Assembly: GCF_000698785.1 (NCBI RefSeq)
Contig: NZ_CP007536.1
Span: 2,495,939-2,527,938, forward strand
Reading direction: 5' to 3'
DNA from: Nitrososphaera viennensis EN76
GTDB lineage: Archaea > Thermoproteota > Nitrososphaeria > Nitrososphaerales > Nitrososphaeraceae
Length of the DNA stretch: 32,000 nt
This document shows, in pieces, positions 24,915 through 32,000 of this stretch (its first letter is position 1; every line of letters starts with the position of its first letter). A program made the translations under genes and the position numbers. Below the pieces are notes generated by a model. That model searched no databases. It saw nothing but the letters and a program-made list of their open reading frames with translations, and was not told where the DNA came from.

Positions 24915-24936
24915 CAAGATAAAATAAGGTTATTAC

Positions 24937-25329
24937 TTGCTTTTTGCAAAATATGTACCTGTGAGGCCGCGTCCCGAGTTTGACCCTGACAGGATTGCCT
25001 TCCACGTCGCGTGCATCGACCACGACAGGGCAAGCCTGCTCGTGTCCGGCCTGCTTGAAAACATGGCCCGTATGGTCGGAGTAGAGCCTCGCCTGGAGAC
25101 GGGGCCGGCCGAGCTTGCCTTTGGATGGACCTTTTACACTCTTTCCGTAAACAAGGACGTCGCCACGCGGTTTTCCGGCCTGCCGGAAAGCGACATACTG
25201 CAGTCCAGGGGCGCAACCTTTGATCAAAAGTTTGCCACGTGGCTCAACCGCCAGCTTGCGGCAAGGATGCAGGGCGTGCAGGTGCGGCTGCTGTCCGACC
25301 TGAAATCGTCTCAGTTTGGATTCTTTTAA
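24937..25329 (+). CDS. Hypothetical protein (about 120-130 aa), non-ATG start
   Basis: The + strand ORF reads protein-like (…RIAFHVACIDHDRASLLVSGLLENMARMVG…). The competing - strand ORFs here are Arg/Pro/Gly-rich shadows. Start is TTG 24937 or GTG 24961. No family. Confidence 0.4.
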   Translation: MLFAKYVPVRPRPEFDPDRIAFHVACIDHDRASLLVSGLLENMARMVGVEPRLETGPAELAFGWTFYTLSVNKDVATRFSGLPESDILQSRGATFDQKFATWLNRQLAARMQGVQVRLLSDLKSSQFGFF

Positions 25330-25355
25330 TAACAAGCACTGCCGTATGCCTCCCT

Positions 25356-25622
25356 GTGGACCCGCGGGTGAAAAAGGCCGTCACTGCCAAGATAGACGAA
25401 GCCATAGCAAACGCCGGCGAAGTGTACAGGATACAGTCAAGCCTCGGGATTGCTGGCGGAAGCGACTTTGCCTTTGGCATAGCAATCGGCCGTATCTACA
25501 ACTCGTTCCACTACCAGACACGGCGCATCCTCGGGCGCAACGCGACGGACGCCGAGTTTTCCGAGTTCCTCTCGCTCTTGTCCGGGCGCACGCCTGAAAT
25601 CCGCCGCGCGTTTTCGAAATAG
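25356..25622 (+). CDS. Hypothetical small protein (~85-88 aa), GTG start
   Basis: 3' portion of ORF 25239..25622. In-frame GTGs lie at 25356 and 25368, after the stop of the upstream ORF. The product would be ...VKKAVTAKIDEAIANAGEVYRIQSSLGIAGGSDFAFGIAIGRIYNSF... No family. Confidence 0.35.
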   Translation: MDPRVKKAVTAKIDEAIANAGEVYRIQSSLGIAGGSDFAFGIAIGRIYNSFHYQTRRILGRNATDAEFSEFLSLLSGRTPEIRRAFSK

Positions 25623-26043
25623 CAGAGGGATGCAATAGCTGCGCGCCCGCCCATGACAGGCGCCGCCGCAAGCTCGCCCCTCGCAGCTTGCAGTAAAAAT
25701 GAGCGTAGAAATCTTCTAAATCTTTTTAAGCTACCAGCTCCCTCTCACACAAAGCTTGGCTCTAGACGTGTCGTCATCGGGGGAGGACATGGTGCTGCTG
25801 ACGCCTGACGAGATAAACAGGTTCATCCTGAACCTCAAGGTGCGCTATGGCGGCTCGGGGCAGCAACAGCAACAGCAGCAAAAGAAAAAGTCGGTCAAGG
25901 CCATACACGCGTAGTAAAAAAGAGAAACAGTTCGCATCATAAACAAAAAAGACAGGCGGATAGTGACCTGTTATCGCCATTCTTCGGCGCACATTTGCCT
26001 AGCTAGGTTATATGGTCCCGGACAACCCAAAGATTATAACCTC

Positions 26044-27615
26044 ATGATGATAGAACTCGCAACGTTGGATATCAAACTTGTCAAGGCCCACATGAACCTG
26101 CCGGTACCCGCACTTGTGGAAAGGATACTTCAATCCAAGGAGGGAGTGCTCTCGTCGACGGGCGCGCTCTCTGTCAGGACAGGCAAATTCACAGGCCGGT
26201 CGCCGGACGACAAGTTCATAGTCGACGACGACATCACGCACGGCACCGTCGACTGGGGCAAGGTCAACCGCCCTATATCTGAAGAGAACTTTGACAAGAT
26301 CTACCGCAGGATGAAAAAGCACATCGAGGACAAGGAGCTGTTCGTCTTTGACGGCTACGTCGGGGCCGACCCCGAAAACCGCCTTCCAATCAGAGTCATA
26401 AACAACCGCGCGTGGCACAACCTTTTTGCCCGGCAGATTTTCATCCGGCCCGACAATCATAGCGAGCTGCAAGACTTCCAGCCCGAGTTCACGCTGATCT
26501 CCGCAGACGACTTTGCCGCATCCCCTGCAAGCGAGGGCACCCGGACAGAGACATTCATAATAATCAATTTCAAGCGCAAAATAGTCCTCATCGGCTCGAC
26601 CTCGTACGCAGGCGAGATCAAAAAGGCCATGTTCTCGATAATGAACTTCCTGCTGCCGAGAAAGGGCATATTTCCGATGCACTGCTCGGCAAACGTGGGC
26701 AAGGCGGGAGACGTCGCCCTGTTCTTTGGGCTTTCCGGGACAGGCAAGACGACGCTTTCTGCCGACCCGGAGCGCAGGCTTGTGGGCGACGACGAGCACG
26801 GCTGGTCCGACAGCGGCATCTTTAATTTTGAGGGCGGCTGCTACGCCAAGTGCATCAACCTGAAAAAGGAGCACGAGCCGCAGATCTGGAACGCGATAAA
26901 GTTCGGCTCGCTGATGGAAAACGTCGTCCTTGCAGACAGCAAGAGGGAGCCGGACTTTGCCGACGGCAGCCTGACAGAGAATACCCGCGTAGTTTATCCC
27001 CTCGACTTTATCGACGGCGCGATAATCCCAAGCGTCGCCGGCCACCCGAAGGTCATCATATTCCTGACCGCAGACGCGTTTGGCGTCATGCCCCCGATCG
27101 CGAAACTGACAAAGGAAGGCGCCATGTACCATTTCATGTCCGGCTACACCAGCAAGCTTGCCGGGACAGAGCGCGGCATAACAGAACCAAAGGAAACGTT
27201 CTCGCAGTGCTTTGGCGGGCCGTTCATGCCGCTGCACGCCCAGCAATACGCCAAGCTTTTGGGCAAAAAGATGGACGAGCACGGCACGCGCGTCTACCTG
27301 ATAAACACGGGATGGACTGGCGGGCCCTATGGCATCGGCAAGCGCATGAACCTCTCGTACACGCGCGCGATGGTGACTGCCGCGCTTTCAGGCGAGATTG
27401 ACAGGTCGCCGGTAAAGCACCACGACATTTTCAACCTCGACATGCCGACGTCGTGCCCCGGCGTTCCGTCAGAAGTGCTCGACCCGAGAAACACCTGGCA
27501 CGACAAGGACAAGTACGACGCCGCGGCAAGGAGGCTTGCGGCGCTGTTTGCCAAGAACTTTGAAAAGTTCGGCAGCGTGTCAAAAGAGATAGCAAGCGCC
27601 GGCCCAAAACCGTAA
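26044..27615 (+). CDS. pckA: Phosphoenolpyruvate carboxykinase (ATP)
   Basis: Trimmed to ATG 26044 (MMIELATL...). [14 protein letters not shown], kinase-1a [20 protein letters not shown] and [10 protein letters not shown] are all ATP-PEPCK hallmarks. Confidence 0.95.
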   Translation: MMIELATLDIKLVKAHMNLPVPALVERILQSKEGVLSSTGALSVRTGKFTGRSPDDKFIVDDDITHGTVDWGKVNRPISEENFDKIYRRMKKHIEDKELFVFDGYVGADPENRLPIRVINNRAWHNLFARQIFIRPDNHSELQDFQPEFTLISADDFAASPASEGTRTETFIIINFKRKIVLIGSTSYAGEIKKAMFSIMNFLLPRKGIFPMHCSANVGKAGDVALFFGLSGTGKTTLSADPERRLVGDDEHGWSDSGIFNFEGGCYAKCINLKKEHEPQIWNAIKFGSLMENVVLADSKREPDFADGSLTENTRVVYPLDFIDGAIIPSVAGHPKVIIFLTADAFGVMPPIAKLTKEGAMYHFMSGYTSKLAGTERGITEPKETFSQCFGGPFMPLHAQQYAKLLGKKMDEHGTRVYLINTGWTGGPYGIGKRMNLSYTRAMVTAALSGEIDRSPVKHHDIFNLDMPTSCPGVPSEVLDPRNTWHDKDKYDAAARRLAALFAKNFEKFGSVSKEIASAGPKP

Positions 27616-27638
27616 AAGGAAAAGAATGAATGAATGAA

Positions 27639-27765
27639 TGGTAGCCCGGAGCAGATTCGAACTGCTGTCTCCAGGTTTCTTTTCTCTTCATGAGATCCAG
27701 AGCCTGGAATCCCTAGCCCTACCTTTCTTTTCTACCTGGGAGATTGGCCACTAGACGACCGGGCT
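27639..27765 (-). tRNA. tRNA-Gln (anticodon CUG), 127 nt including encoded CCA, with two putative introns
   Basis: Hand fold of the reverse complement. Acceptor AGCCCGG/CCGGGCT (A1:U72, as I recall for archaeal tRNA-Gln). T arm AGCAG-TTCGAAT-CTGCT. Anticodon stem CCAGG/CCTGG with loop CT-CTG-GA interrupted after position 37 by ~20 nt. D arm TC-GTCT-AGTGGCCAA ... GGAT interrupted by ~31 nt. 127-31-20 = 76 nt mature. Confidence 0.75.
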
Positions 27766-27800
27766 GACCAACAAAACGGCTACGTGTCCTCTATTTGACT

Positions 27801-28166
27801 CTAACGCTTTGTGTTGACCTCGCGTATTACCTGCCCGTATTCCAGCTGTGCTTTTTTGCGCATGTACGGGATCAGGCGGTAATGGATGGAGTACATGTTC
27901 TTGTTCCTGGCTATGATGCCCTTTATCAGGAGCGAGACAAAGCCGCCTGCGACCCTTGACGGCGGAACGCCGGTCGCCCTGCAAAACTCGTTTCTCTTTG
28001 CATGGTACTCTTTTAACGTAAAGTATGAGCGGTTGATGTCAAGGATGAGCGGCCAGACGACGTTTTCCCACACCATCCTGCGGTTCTCGGTGGAAGACGC
28101 GTGCTTGCCCTTGTCCTCGCTGCTGCTTTTCTCCACGAATTTCTCTTCTTGAGGGCTCTTCAGCAT
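27801..28166 (-). CDS. Hypothetical protein, possible winged-helix DNA-binding protein
   Basis: 121-aa ATG ORF. EFCRATGVPPSRVAGGFVSLLIKGIIARNKNMYSIHYRL looks like an HTH plus wing (inference only). A TATA-like AAATTATAAA lies ~30 nt upstream on the minus strand. Confidence 0.55.
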   Translation of the reverse strand: MLKSPQEEKFVEKSSSEDKGKHASSTENRRMVWENVVWPLILDINRSYFTLKEYHAKRNEFCRATGVPPSRVAGGFVSLLIKGIIARNKNMYSIHYRLIPYMRKKAQLEYGQVIREVNTKR

Positions 28167-28177
28167 CGTCTTGGGTA

Positions 28178-28215
28178 CATTTAAACACCGCCGGGTTTAT
28201 AATTTAAGATAATCG
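28178..28215. promoter_or_regulatory. Shared divergent promoter region (TATA-like TTTAAA / TTTATAATTTAAG)
   Basis: An AT-rich block lies between the - strand gene (start 28166) and the + strand YkgJ-type gene (ATG 28257). The spacing fits archaeal TATA-to-start distances for both genes. Confidence 0.4.
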
Positions 28216-28256
28216 CAACTTTGCAGAGTGGTAATTCGGTTAAAGACTCGCTTGAC

Positions 28257-28961
28257 ATGCTTGTAAAAAAATGGCCAGTCGACAAAAAGCTGTATGACAT
28301 GCAGGTGGGAATGCGCGACGATATTGTCGACAATCAGGTAAATGTGGGGGGCGTTGTCTTTCACGTGCCGGCCCTCTCCCGCGATGGCCTGTACGTCCTG
28401 TGGAAGTGCCTGTGGCCTGACTGTCACAACTGCTGCGAGAGGCAGGGACGGTTGCCATTAACAAAGGACGACATTACAACAATTGCAAAAAAGCTCGGCT
28501 ATGACTCGAAAGTAGAGTTTGTACGAAATGAGGCGAGGGTATCGAGCTGGCAGGAGCAGGAAGCCTTTGGAAACATCATAACCACATTGAGCATGCTGTC
28601 GCTCAAGCGAAAAAAGGACGAGCGCGAGGAAGAGGACGGCACCCCCTTGCGCTGCCGGTTCCTTGACGACAAGGGCTACTGCGGGATACACCCTGACAAG
28701 CCCGGCGTCTGCTGGCTCTACCCCTTTGCGTCGTGGCTAGAGTCAGACAGGTTCGGCAAGCCTGTCGTGCACGCGACTTTCCAGTTCACGGGCGACTGCC
28801 CCGGCTTTTACCTTGATAAATCGCTTGACAGCATCATGCCCGTACTGCAAGAGTACGCGCCCAAGATATACAGCTACAACATGGCGGTCCAGAGGACGAC
28901 GCGCGAAAATTACGGGTTTATCAATTTTGTGAATTTAGACAACATGCCTGATCAATCATAA
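28257..28961 (+). CDS. YkgJ-family (UPF0153, CxxCxxCC) Fe-S/zinc cysteine-cluster protein
   Basis: CPDCHNCCERQGRLPLTKDDI (CxxCxxCC) and a second block RCRFLDDKGYCGIHPDKPGVCWLYPF are typical of the family. Trimmed from TTG 28221 to ATG 28257. Confidence 0.8.
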   Translation: MLVKKWPVDKKLYDMQVGMRDDIVDNQVNVGGVVFHVPALSRDGLYVLWKCLWPDCHNCCERQGRLPLTKDDITTIAKKLGYDSKVEFVRNEARVSSWQEQEAFGNIITTLSMLSLKRKKDEREEEDGTPLRCRFLDDKGYCGIHPDKPGVCWLYPFASWLESDRFGKPVVHATFQFTGDCPGFYLDKSLDSIMPVLQEYAPKIYSYNMAVQRTTRENYGFINFVNLDNMPDQS

Positions 28962-29248
28962 TGATAATTATAATTCTAGAGCACTATCATCTAATCTGTC
29001 TGTGTCCGAGTTTGATCAGACCGTCGTTAGTCTATCAAGCGAACCAAACTTAATTAACCAAGCAGCTGGATATAGATACACGACTGTTCTCTTCTCTCAA
29101 GCGACCGCACACTCTTGCAAGGTTGCTAACCTTGGATGCTCAGAAACAGAGATGCTATTGCTAACTCTGGAAACATCCAGTCGAGTACTAACTATATGCA
29201 AATCAATTACGTGTTCAGGGAGATGCAAAAGGGAGAGAGGAATAGAAA

Positions 29249-29904
29249 ATGACACAAAACAACAATAACAATCGAATGAAAAAATCGCTTATGGTATATT
29301 CTGCTATTGTCGCAGCAGTGGTGGGCTAGCTGTTGTCGTCGCGATATCCTTAATCCCGCAGTTTTCACCACAGCCAGTGGAAAGTAAATCAGTAGTAACA
29401 AGAATAGAAAGACAAAACGATATCACTGTCCTTGATATCGGCTTAAGAATTTGTGGAGATAGCACAGACCCGATGAAAGTACCGGGCAATCCGGAGAATC
29501 CTGCAAAACTGAGTCGAAGTGCTAGTGAGCAAGCTACAATCCAACTCTGTTATTCGGCAGATGCCACGACTAGCAAGGTTTTGTTGTTTGGCCTAGAGTT
29601 ACACAGAGAAGGACCCGTCACCTTGACTACGATGGAGGATGGTTCAGCTCAGGGGCAGATTGCTAAAGGAATCATTGCATCGATAGGCAAGCCGTCCATC
29701 ACTATTCGGGGAAGTAGCACATTAGGCGACTCTACATCCGGAAGCAATAATCATGTCATCGATAAATTAAACCTTGTAGTGACCACAAATCCAGACGCTG
29801 AGATGGGCAAGCATATGTTTGGAGTCTCTATGTTTAAGCCGGATGAGACGGGCGTAAGTGGTATGCTCTTGATCCAATGGGTATATGTCGACATAGTCGA
29901 GTGA
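29249..29904 (+). pseudogene. Signal-anchored secreted protein gene split by a single -1 frame break, or an intact GTG-initiated CDS 29377..29904
   Basis: Frame A: ATG 29249, preceded by GGGAGAGAGG, encodes MTQNNNNNRMKKSLMVYSAIVAAVVG and stops at TAG 29327. The -1 frame read from 29326 continues LAVVVAISLIPQFSPQPVESKSVV... without a stop into the 175-aa track ORF. Joined, the two give one continuous TM/signal anchor. Confidence 0.5.
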
Positions 29905-30003
29905 GTTTCATGGTCACTAGTCTTCTAACGTTCGATCTTGATTTAACATTGCCAAAATAGGTCGCCTAAATCTATTCATGGAATACGAGTTGGAGGAAAG
30001 CAG

Positions 30004-30057
30004 ACAATAAAATTGAATAAAGAAAAGGCGCTGTACCTGGAAAAATGGCTACAGCGC
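30004..30057 (-). terminator. Hairpin plus T-rich tract downstream of the superoxide dismutase gene
   Basis: GCGCTGTA (30028..30035) pairs with TACAGCGC (30050..30057): an 8-bp perfect stem with a 14-nt loop, 11 nt after the sod stop on the minus strand. CTTTTCTTTATTCAATTTTATTGT follows on the minus strand. Confidence 0.45.
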
Positions 30058-30067
30058 GACGTGACGG

Positions 30068-30691
30068 TCAAGCTTTGAACCTTTTCGCCACTTCGTCCCA
30101 GTTTACCACATTCCACCAAGCTGTCACGTAATCAGCGCGGCGGTTTTGGTACTTCAGATAGTAGCTATGCTCCCATACGTCTAGGCCAAGAAGCGGAGTC
30201 AGCTTTTCTGCCTTCCAGCGCGTCCACGGGCTTGTCTGGTTTGGCATCGTGATAAACTGCACGCCGCCGGACGCGTTTTTCACGAGCCAGCCCCAGCCGC
30301 TTCCCTGTATTGCGACCGAGTCTGTCTGGAATTTCGTCTTGAAATCTGCAAAACTGCCAAACGCCTTCTTTATCGCGTCTGCAAGCTCGCCTGATGGCTC
30401 GCCGCCTCCGCCCTTTTTCATGTTGTTCCAGAACAGCGTGTGGTTGTTGTATCCTCCGCCGTGAAAGTTGACTGCGCCCCTTGCGTTTTCAGGCACGGTG
30501 TCAATGTTCTTCAGAATATCGACAGCGTCCATGCTCTGGAACTTGGCGTCCAGACTCCCAAGCGCCTTGTTCAGGCCGTCCGTGTACGCCTGATGGTGCT
30601 TGGTGTGGTGGATCTGCATGGTGGTGGCATCGATGTGCGGCTCCAATGCGTCGTACGCATATGGTAATTGTGGGAGAGTAAAGTTAGCCAT
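30068..30691 (-). CDS. sod: Fe/Mn superoxide dismutase
   Basis: Trimmed to ATG 30691 (MANFTLPQLPYAYDALEPHID...). Metal-ligand blocks are IHHTKHHQAY and DVWEHSYYLKYQNRRADYV (D-x-W-E-H). Confidence 0.95.
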   Translation of the reverse strand: MANFTLPQLPYAYDALEPHIDATTMQIHHTKHHQAYTDGLNKALGSLDAKFQSMDAVDILKNIDTVPENARGAVNFHGGGYNNHTLFWNNMKKGGGGEPSGELADAIKKAFGSFADFKTKFQTDSVAIQGSGWGWLVKNASGGVQFITMPNQTSPWTRWKAEKLTPLLGLDVWEHSYYLKYQNRRADYVTAWWNVVNWDEVAKRFKA

Positions 30692-30733
30692 GAGGTGAGA
30701 TGGCCGCCGGGGCATATATTGTTTTAGCGGCTC

Positions 30734-31921
30734 TTAGCTGCTACTGCTGCTTGCCTGCGGGGGAACGCGTGAAAGCGACAGCGCGTGATCGTCTATCATG
30801 GTGCCGGCGCCGACGCTTATGCTGTCCACCTTTACTGCAAGCGACGCGCGCTCTTGCGCGTCAAGGCCGTATTTCTCGGCAAGCGCCTGCTTTACCTTTT
30901 CAACGGGGTCAGAGATTTCGCCAAAGCCCGACCTGACAGTCACGTCAAGCTTTTTGCCCACCAGTTCGCCCGGTATCTTGCCAGACGTGTCGTTTGTCAC
31001 CGTGAACACGATCTTGTCTACGAGCACCTCGTGCGGCAGCTGCTCCAGCGCGTTTGCGGTATAGAACACCTGCACGTCCAGCATGTCGATGCTCGTTCCC
31101 TGCCTGCCGACCACCGCAGTCCCGCCTGAAAGCGTGCCCAGAAGGCCGCTGTCCACCGGCACGTTGACTATGACAAACCCTTCGACGAACCTGTTGTCGT
31201 TATTTCCGCCAAAGAGCTTGCGCAGGTCATTGCACACGATGCCAGTAGAGCTCTGCGGCTCCAGCGTCTTTAGTATCGAGTTGGTGGTCTTGCCGTTGTT
31301 CACCACGGCGTTCCAGGTGAACTTGACTGGAAAGTCCTGCTTGTTCAGGATGCCGATGTCTGTGTCATAGTGGCCCGGCCTGAGCGGCCCCTCGCCGCCT
31401 GAGATCGTGCCGCACTCGAACTTGGCCGTGTACAGTATGCTGTGCACCTGCAAAGTGCTGTTGTCGTCGTTGCCTGACAGGCCTGGAGCCGCGTTTGAAA
31501 ACGTCGCAGTCGCGCTGCTATTATTGTTATTGTCACTTACTGCTATGACCTTTGGGTTCTGGTCCCTGTCATAGCCAGCCGGCGCCTGCTGCTGCAAAAC
31601 AGTATAGTTGCCGTTCTTTACGCCTGTGAGAACTATCATGCCTGCCGCCGGGTTTGCATCGTCCCTGCCGCCGTCCTGCACGCTGTACGTGCCTTCGCCC
31701 GTGTAGGGGCTTGGCGTGATAGAGTACGTGGCGCCTGTCAGGAGCAAGCCTTTTGAAATCGTGACGATTGTTATCGAGCCTGCGCCCTTGCCTCCTCCGT
31801 CCTGCGCCGCACCCGGGCTGTTCTGCTCCCTTGGGAGCGACACTGCTATTGCGGCAATGGTTACTGCTGCGGCAAGCGCTATTGCCAGCGCAAGGCTCTG
31901 CTTTGGCGACAACAAAAGCAC
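30734..31921 (-). CDS. Secreted/anchored protein with a SpaA/prealbumin-like beta-sandwich domain and an unassigned ~240-aa C-terminal domain
   Basis: GTG start. N-terminal anchor LALAIALAAAVTIAAIAV. ...ITIVTISKGLLLTGATYSITP...GMIVLTGVKNGNYTVLQQQAPAGYDRDQNPKVIAV resembles the prealbumin-like fold repeat (L.GA.f.l...G...f..l..G.Y.v.E..AP.GY). It ends in a Ser-rich tail. Confidence 0.7.
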   Translation of the reverse strand: MLLLSPKQSLALAIALAAAVTIAAIAVSLPREQNSPGAAQDGGGKGAGSITIVTISKGLLLTGATYSITPSPYTGEGTYSVQDGGRDDANPAAGMIVLTGVKNGNYTVLQQQAPAGYDRDQNPKVIAVSDNNNNSSATATFSNAAPGLSGNDDNSTLQVHSILYTAKFECGTISGGEGPLRPGHYDTDIGILNKQDFPVKFTWNAVVNNGKTTNSILKTLEPQSSTGIVCNDLRKLFGGNNDNRFVEGFVIVNVPVDSGLLGTLSGGTAVVGRQGTSIDMLDVQVFYTANALEQLPHEVLVDKIVFTVTNDTSGKIPGELVGKKLDVTVRSGFGEISDPVEKVKQALAEKYGLDAQERASLAVKVDSISVGAGTMIDDHALSLSRVPPQASSSSS

Positions 31922-32000
31922 TATTGTTTTGCTTGCGCGGTAATTAAACCGTCGCGCCCGGATCCCATCACGATTAAATATGCAAATTGTGGAATTGAGC

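Noticed and set aside
24033-24917. 5' two-thirds of the 409-aa - strand ORF (23688..24917).
   Set aside because: It is antisense to the SAM-dependent methyltransferase, which has a clear motif I on the + strand. Only the 3' ~110 codons (23688..24032), with their own ATG and a TATA-like element, were kept.
25668-25691. Hairpin GCAAGCT-N10-AGCTTGC downstream of the 25622 stop.
   Set aside because: No T-tract follows on either strand, and a short stem like this can arise by chance in G+C-rich DNA.
25789-25914. 41-codon + strand ORF (MVLLTPDEINRFILNLKVRYGGSGQQQQQQQKKKSVKAIHA) behind a GGGGAGG motif.
   Set aside because: It is too short, it is low-complexity, and nothing supports it beyond an ATG and a purine-rich upstream motif. 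It is not reported as a feature.
26008-27282. 424-aa - strand ORF, the longest unexplained ORF in the track.
   Set aside because: It is fully antisense to pckA, whose identity is unambiguous from several exact motifs. The translation is Arg/Val/Gly/Leu-rich with no motif.
27624-27640. (GAAT)4 microsatellite between the pckA stop and the tRNA 3' end.
   Set aside because: It is only four units long and has no evident function beyond spacer sequence. It is noted but is not a meaningful repeat feature.
29002-29268. 88-aa GTG-initiated + strand ORF in the AT-rich gap.
   Set aside because: It has no ATG, no promoter-like context and no sequence features. It ends inside the better-supported frame-A start region of the secreted-protein gene.
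1-32000. Checked the whole window for CRISPR arrays, IS elements or transposases, integrases, rRNA, and known defence-system signatures.
   Set aside because: I saw no regularly spaced direct repeats and no transposase or integrase motifs (DDE, or tyrosine-recombinase R..H..Y blocks). The only nuclease-like gene is the isolated small HNH protein, which has no partner genes.

Overview
This 32-kb window reads as a chromosomal segment of an archaeon, most likely a Nitrososphaera-like ammonia-oxidising thaumarchaeon. That assignment is inference from archaeal-type AlaRS and LeuRS, a pfdA-ftsY pair, a SecE/Sec61-gamma-like protein, secreted cupredoxins, AT-rich TATA-like promoters with short or absent leaders, and an intron-containing tRNA.

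All homology calls come from motifs I recognise by eye in the supplied translations. No searches were run.

Confident housekeeping genes are trxA, alaS, leuS, pfdA, ftsY, argF, pckA, an Fe/Mn superoxide dismutase, an Lrp/AsnC regulator, a DedA membrane protein, a Rieske ferredoxin, an MTH1187/YkoF-like protein, a YkgJ-type Cys-cluster protein and a SAM-dependent methyltransferase.

I saw no CRISPR array, transposase, integrase or rRNA. Many long ORFs in the track are antisense shadows of real genes, which is typical of G+C-rich coding sequence.

The items most worth a second look:
1. An atypical two-component locus (12.8-17.0 kb). It has a wHTH-linker-REC response regulator, a small orphan protein, and a TM-less histidine kinase whose sensor region is three tandem ~154-aa modules.
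2. FtsY carries a ~220-aa Pro-rich and then Lys/Glu/Arg-rich C-terminal extension that overlaps the argF start.
3. Prefoldin alpha has an N-terminal tail with 16 His in 39 residues.
4. A tRNA-Gln(CUG) gene of 127 nt appears to need two introns.
5. Next to that tRNA is a visibly lower-G+C stretch. It contains a secreted-protein gene whose signal anchor and body are split by a single -1 frame break at GGGC-TAG.
6. An orphan ~440-aa protein has Cys-Cys dyads near both termini and a coiled coil. It is followed by a perfect 32-nt alternating purine-pyrimidine tract.

I cannot show that any of these is a complete, previously undescribed system. They are leads to test.
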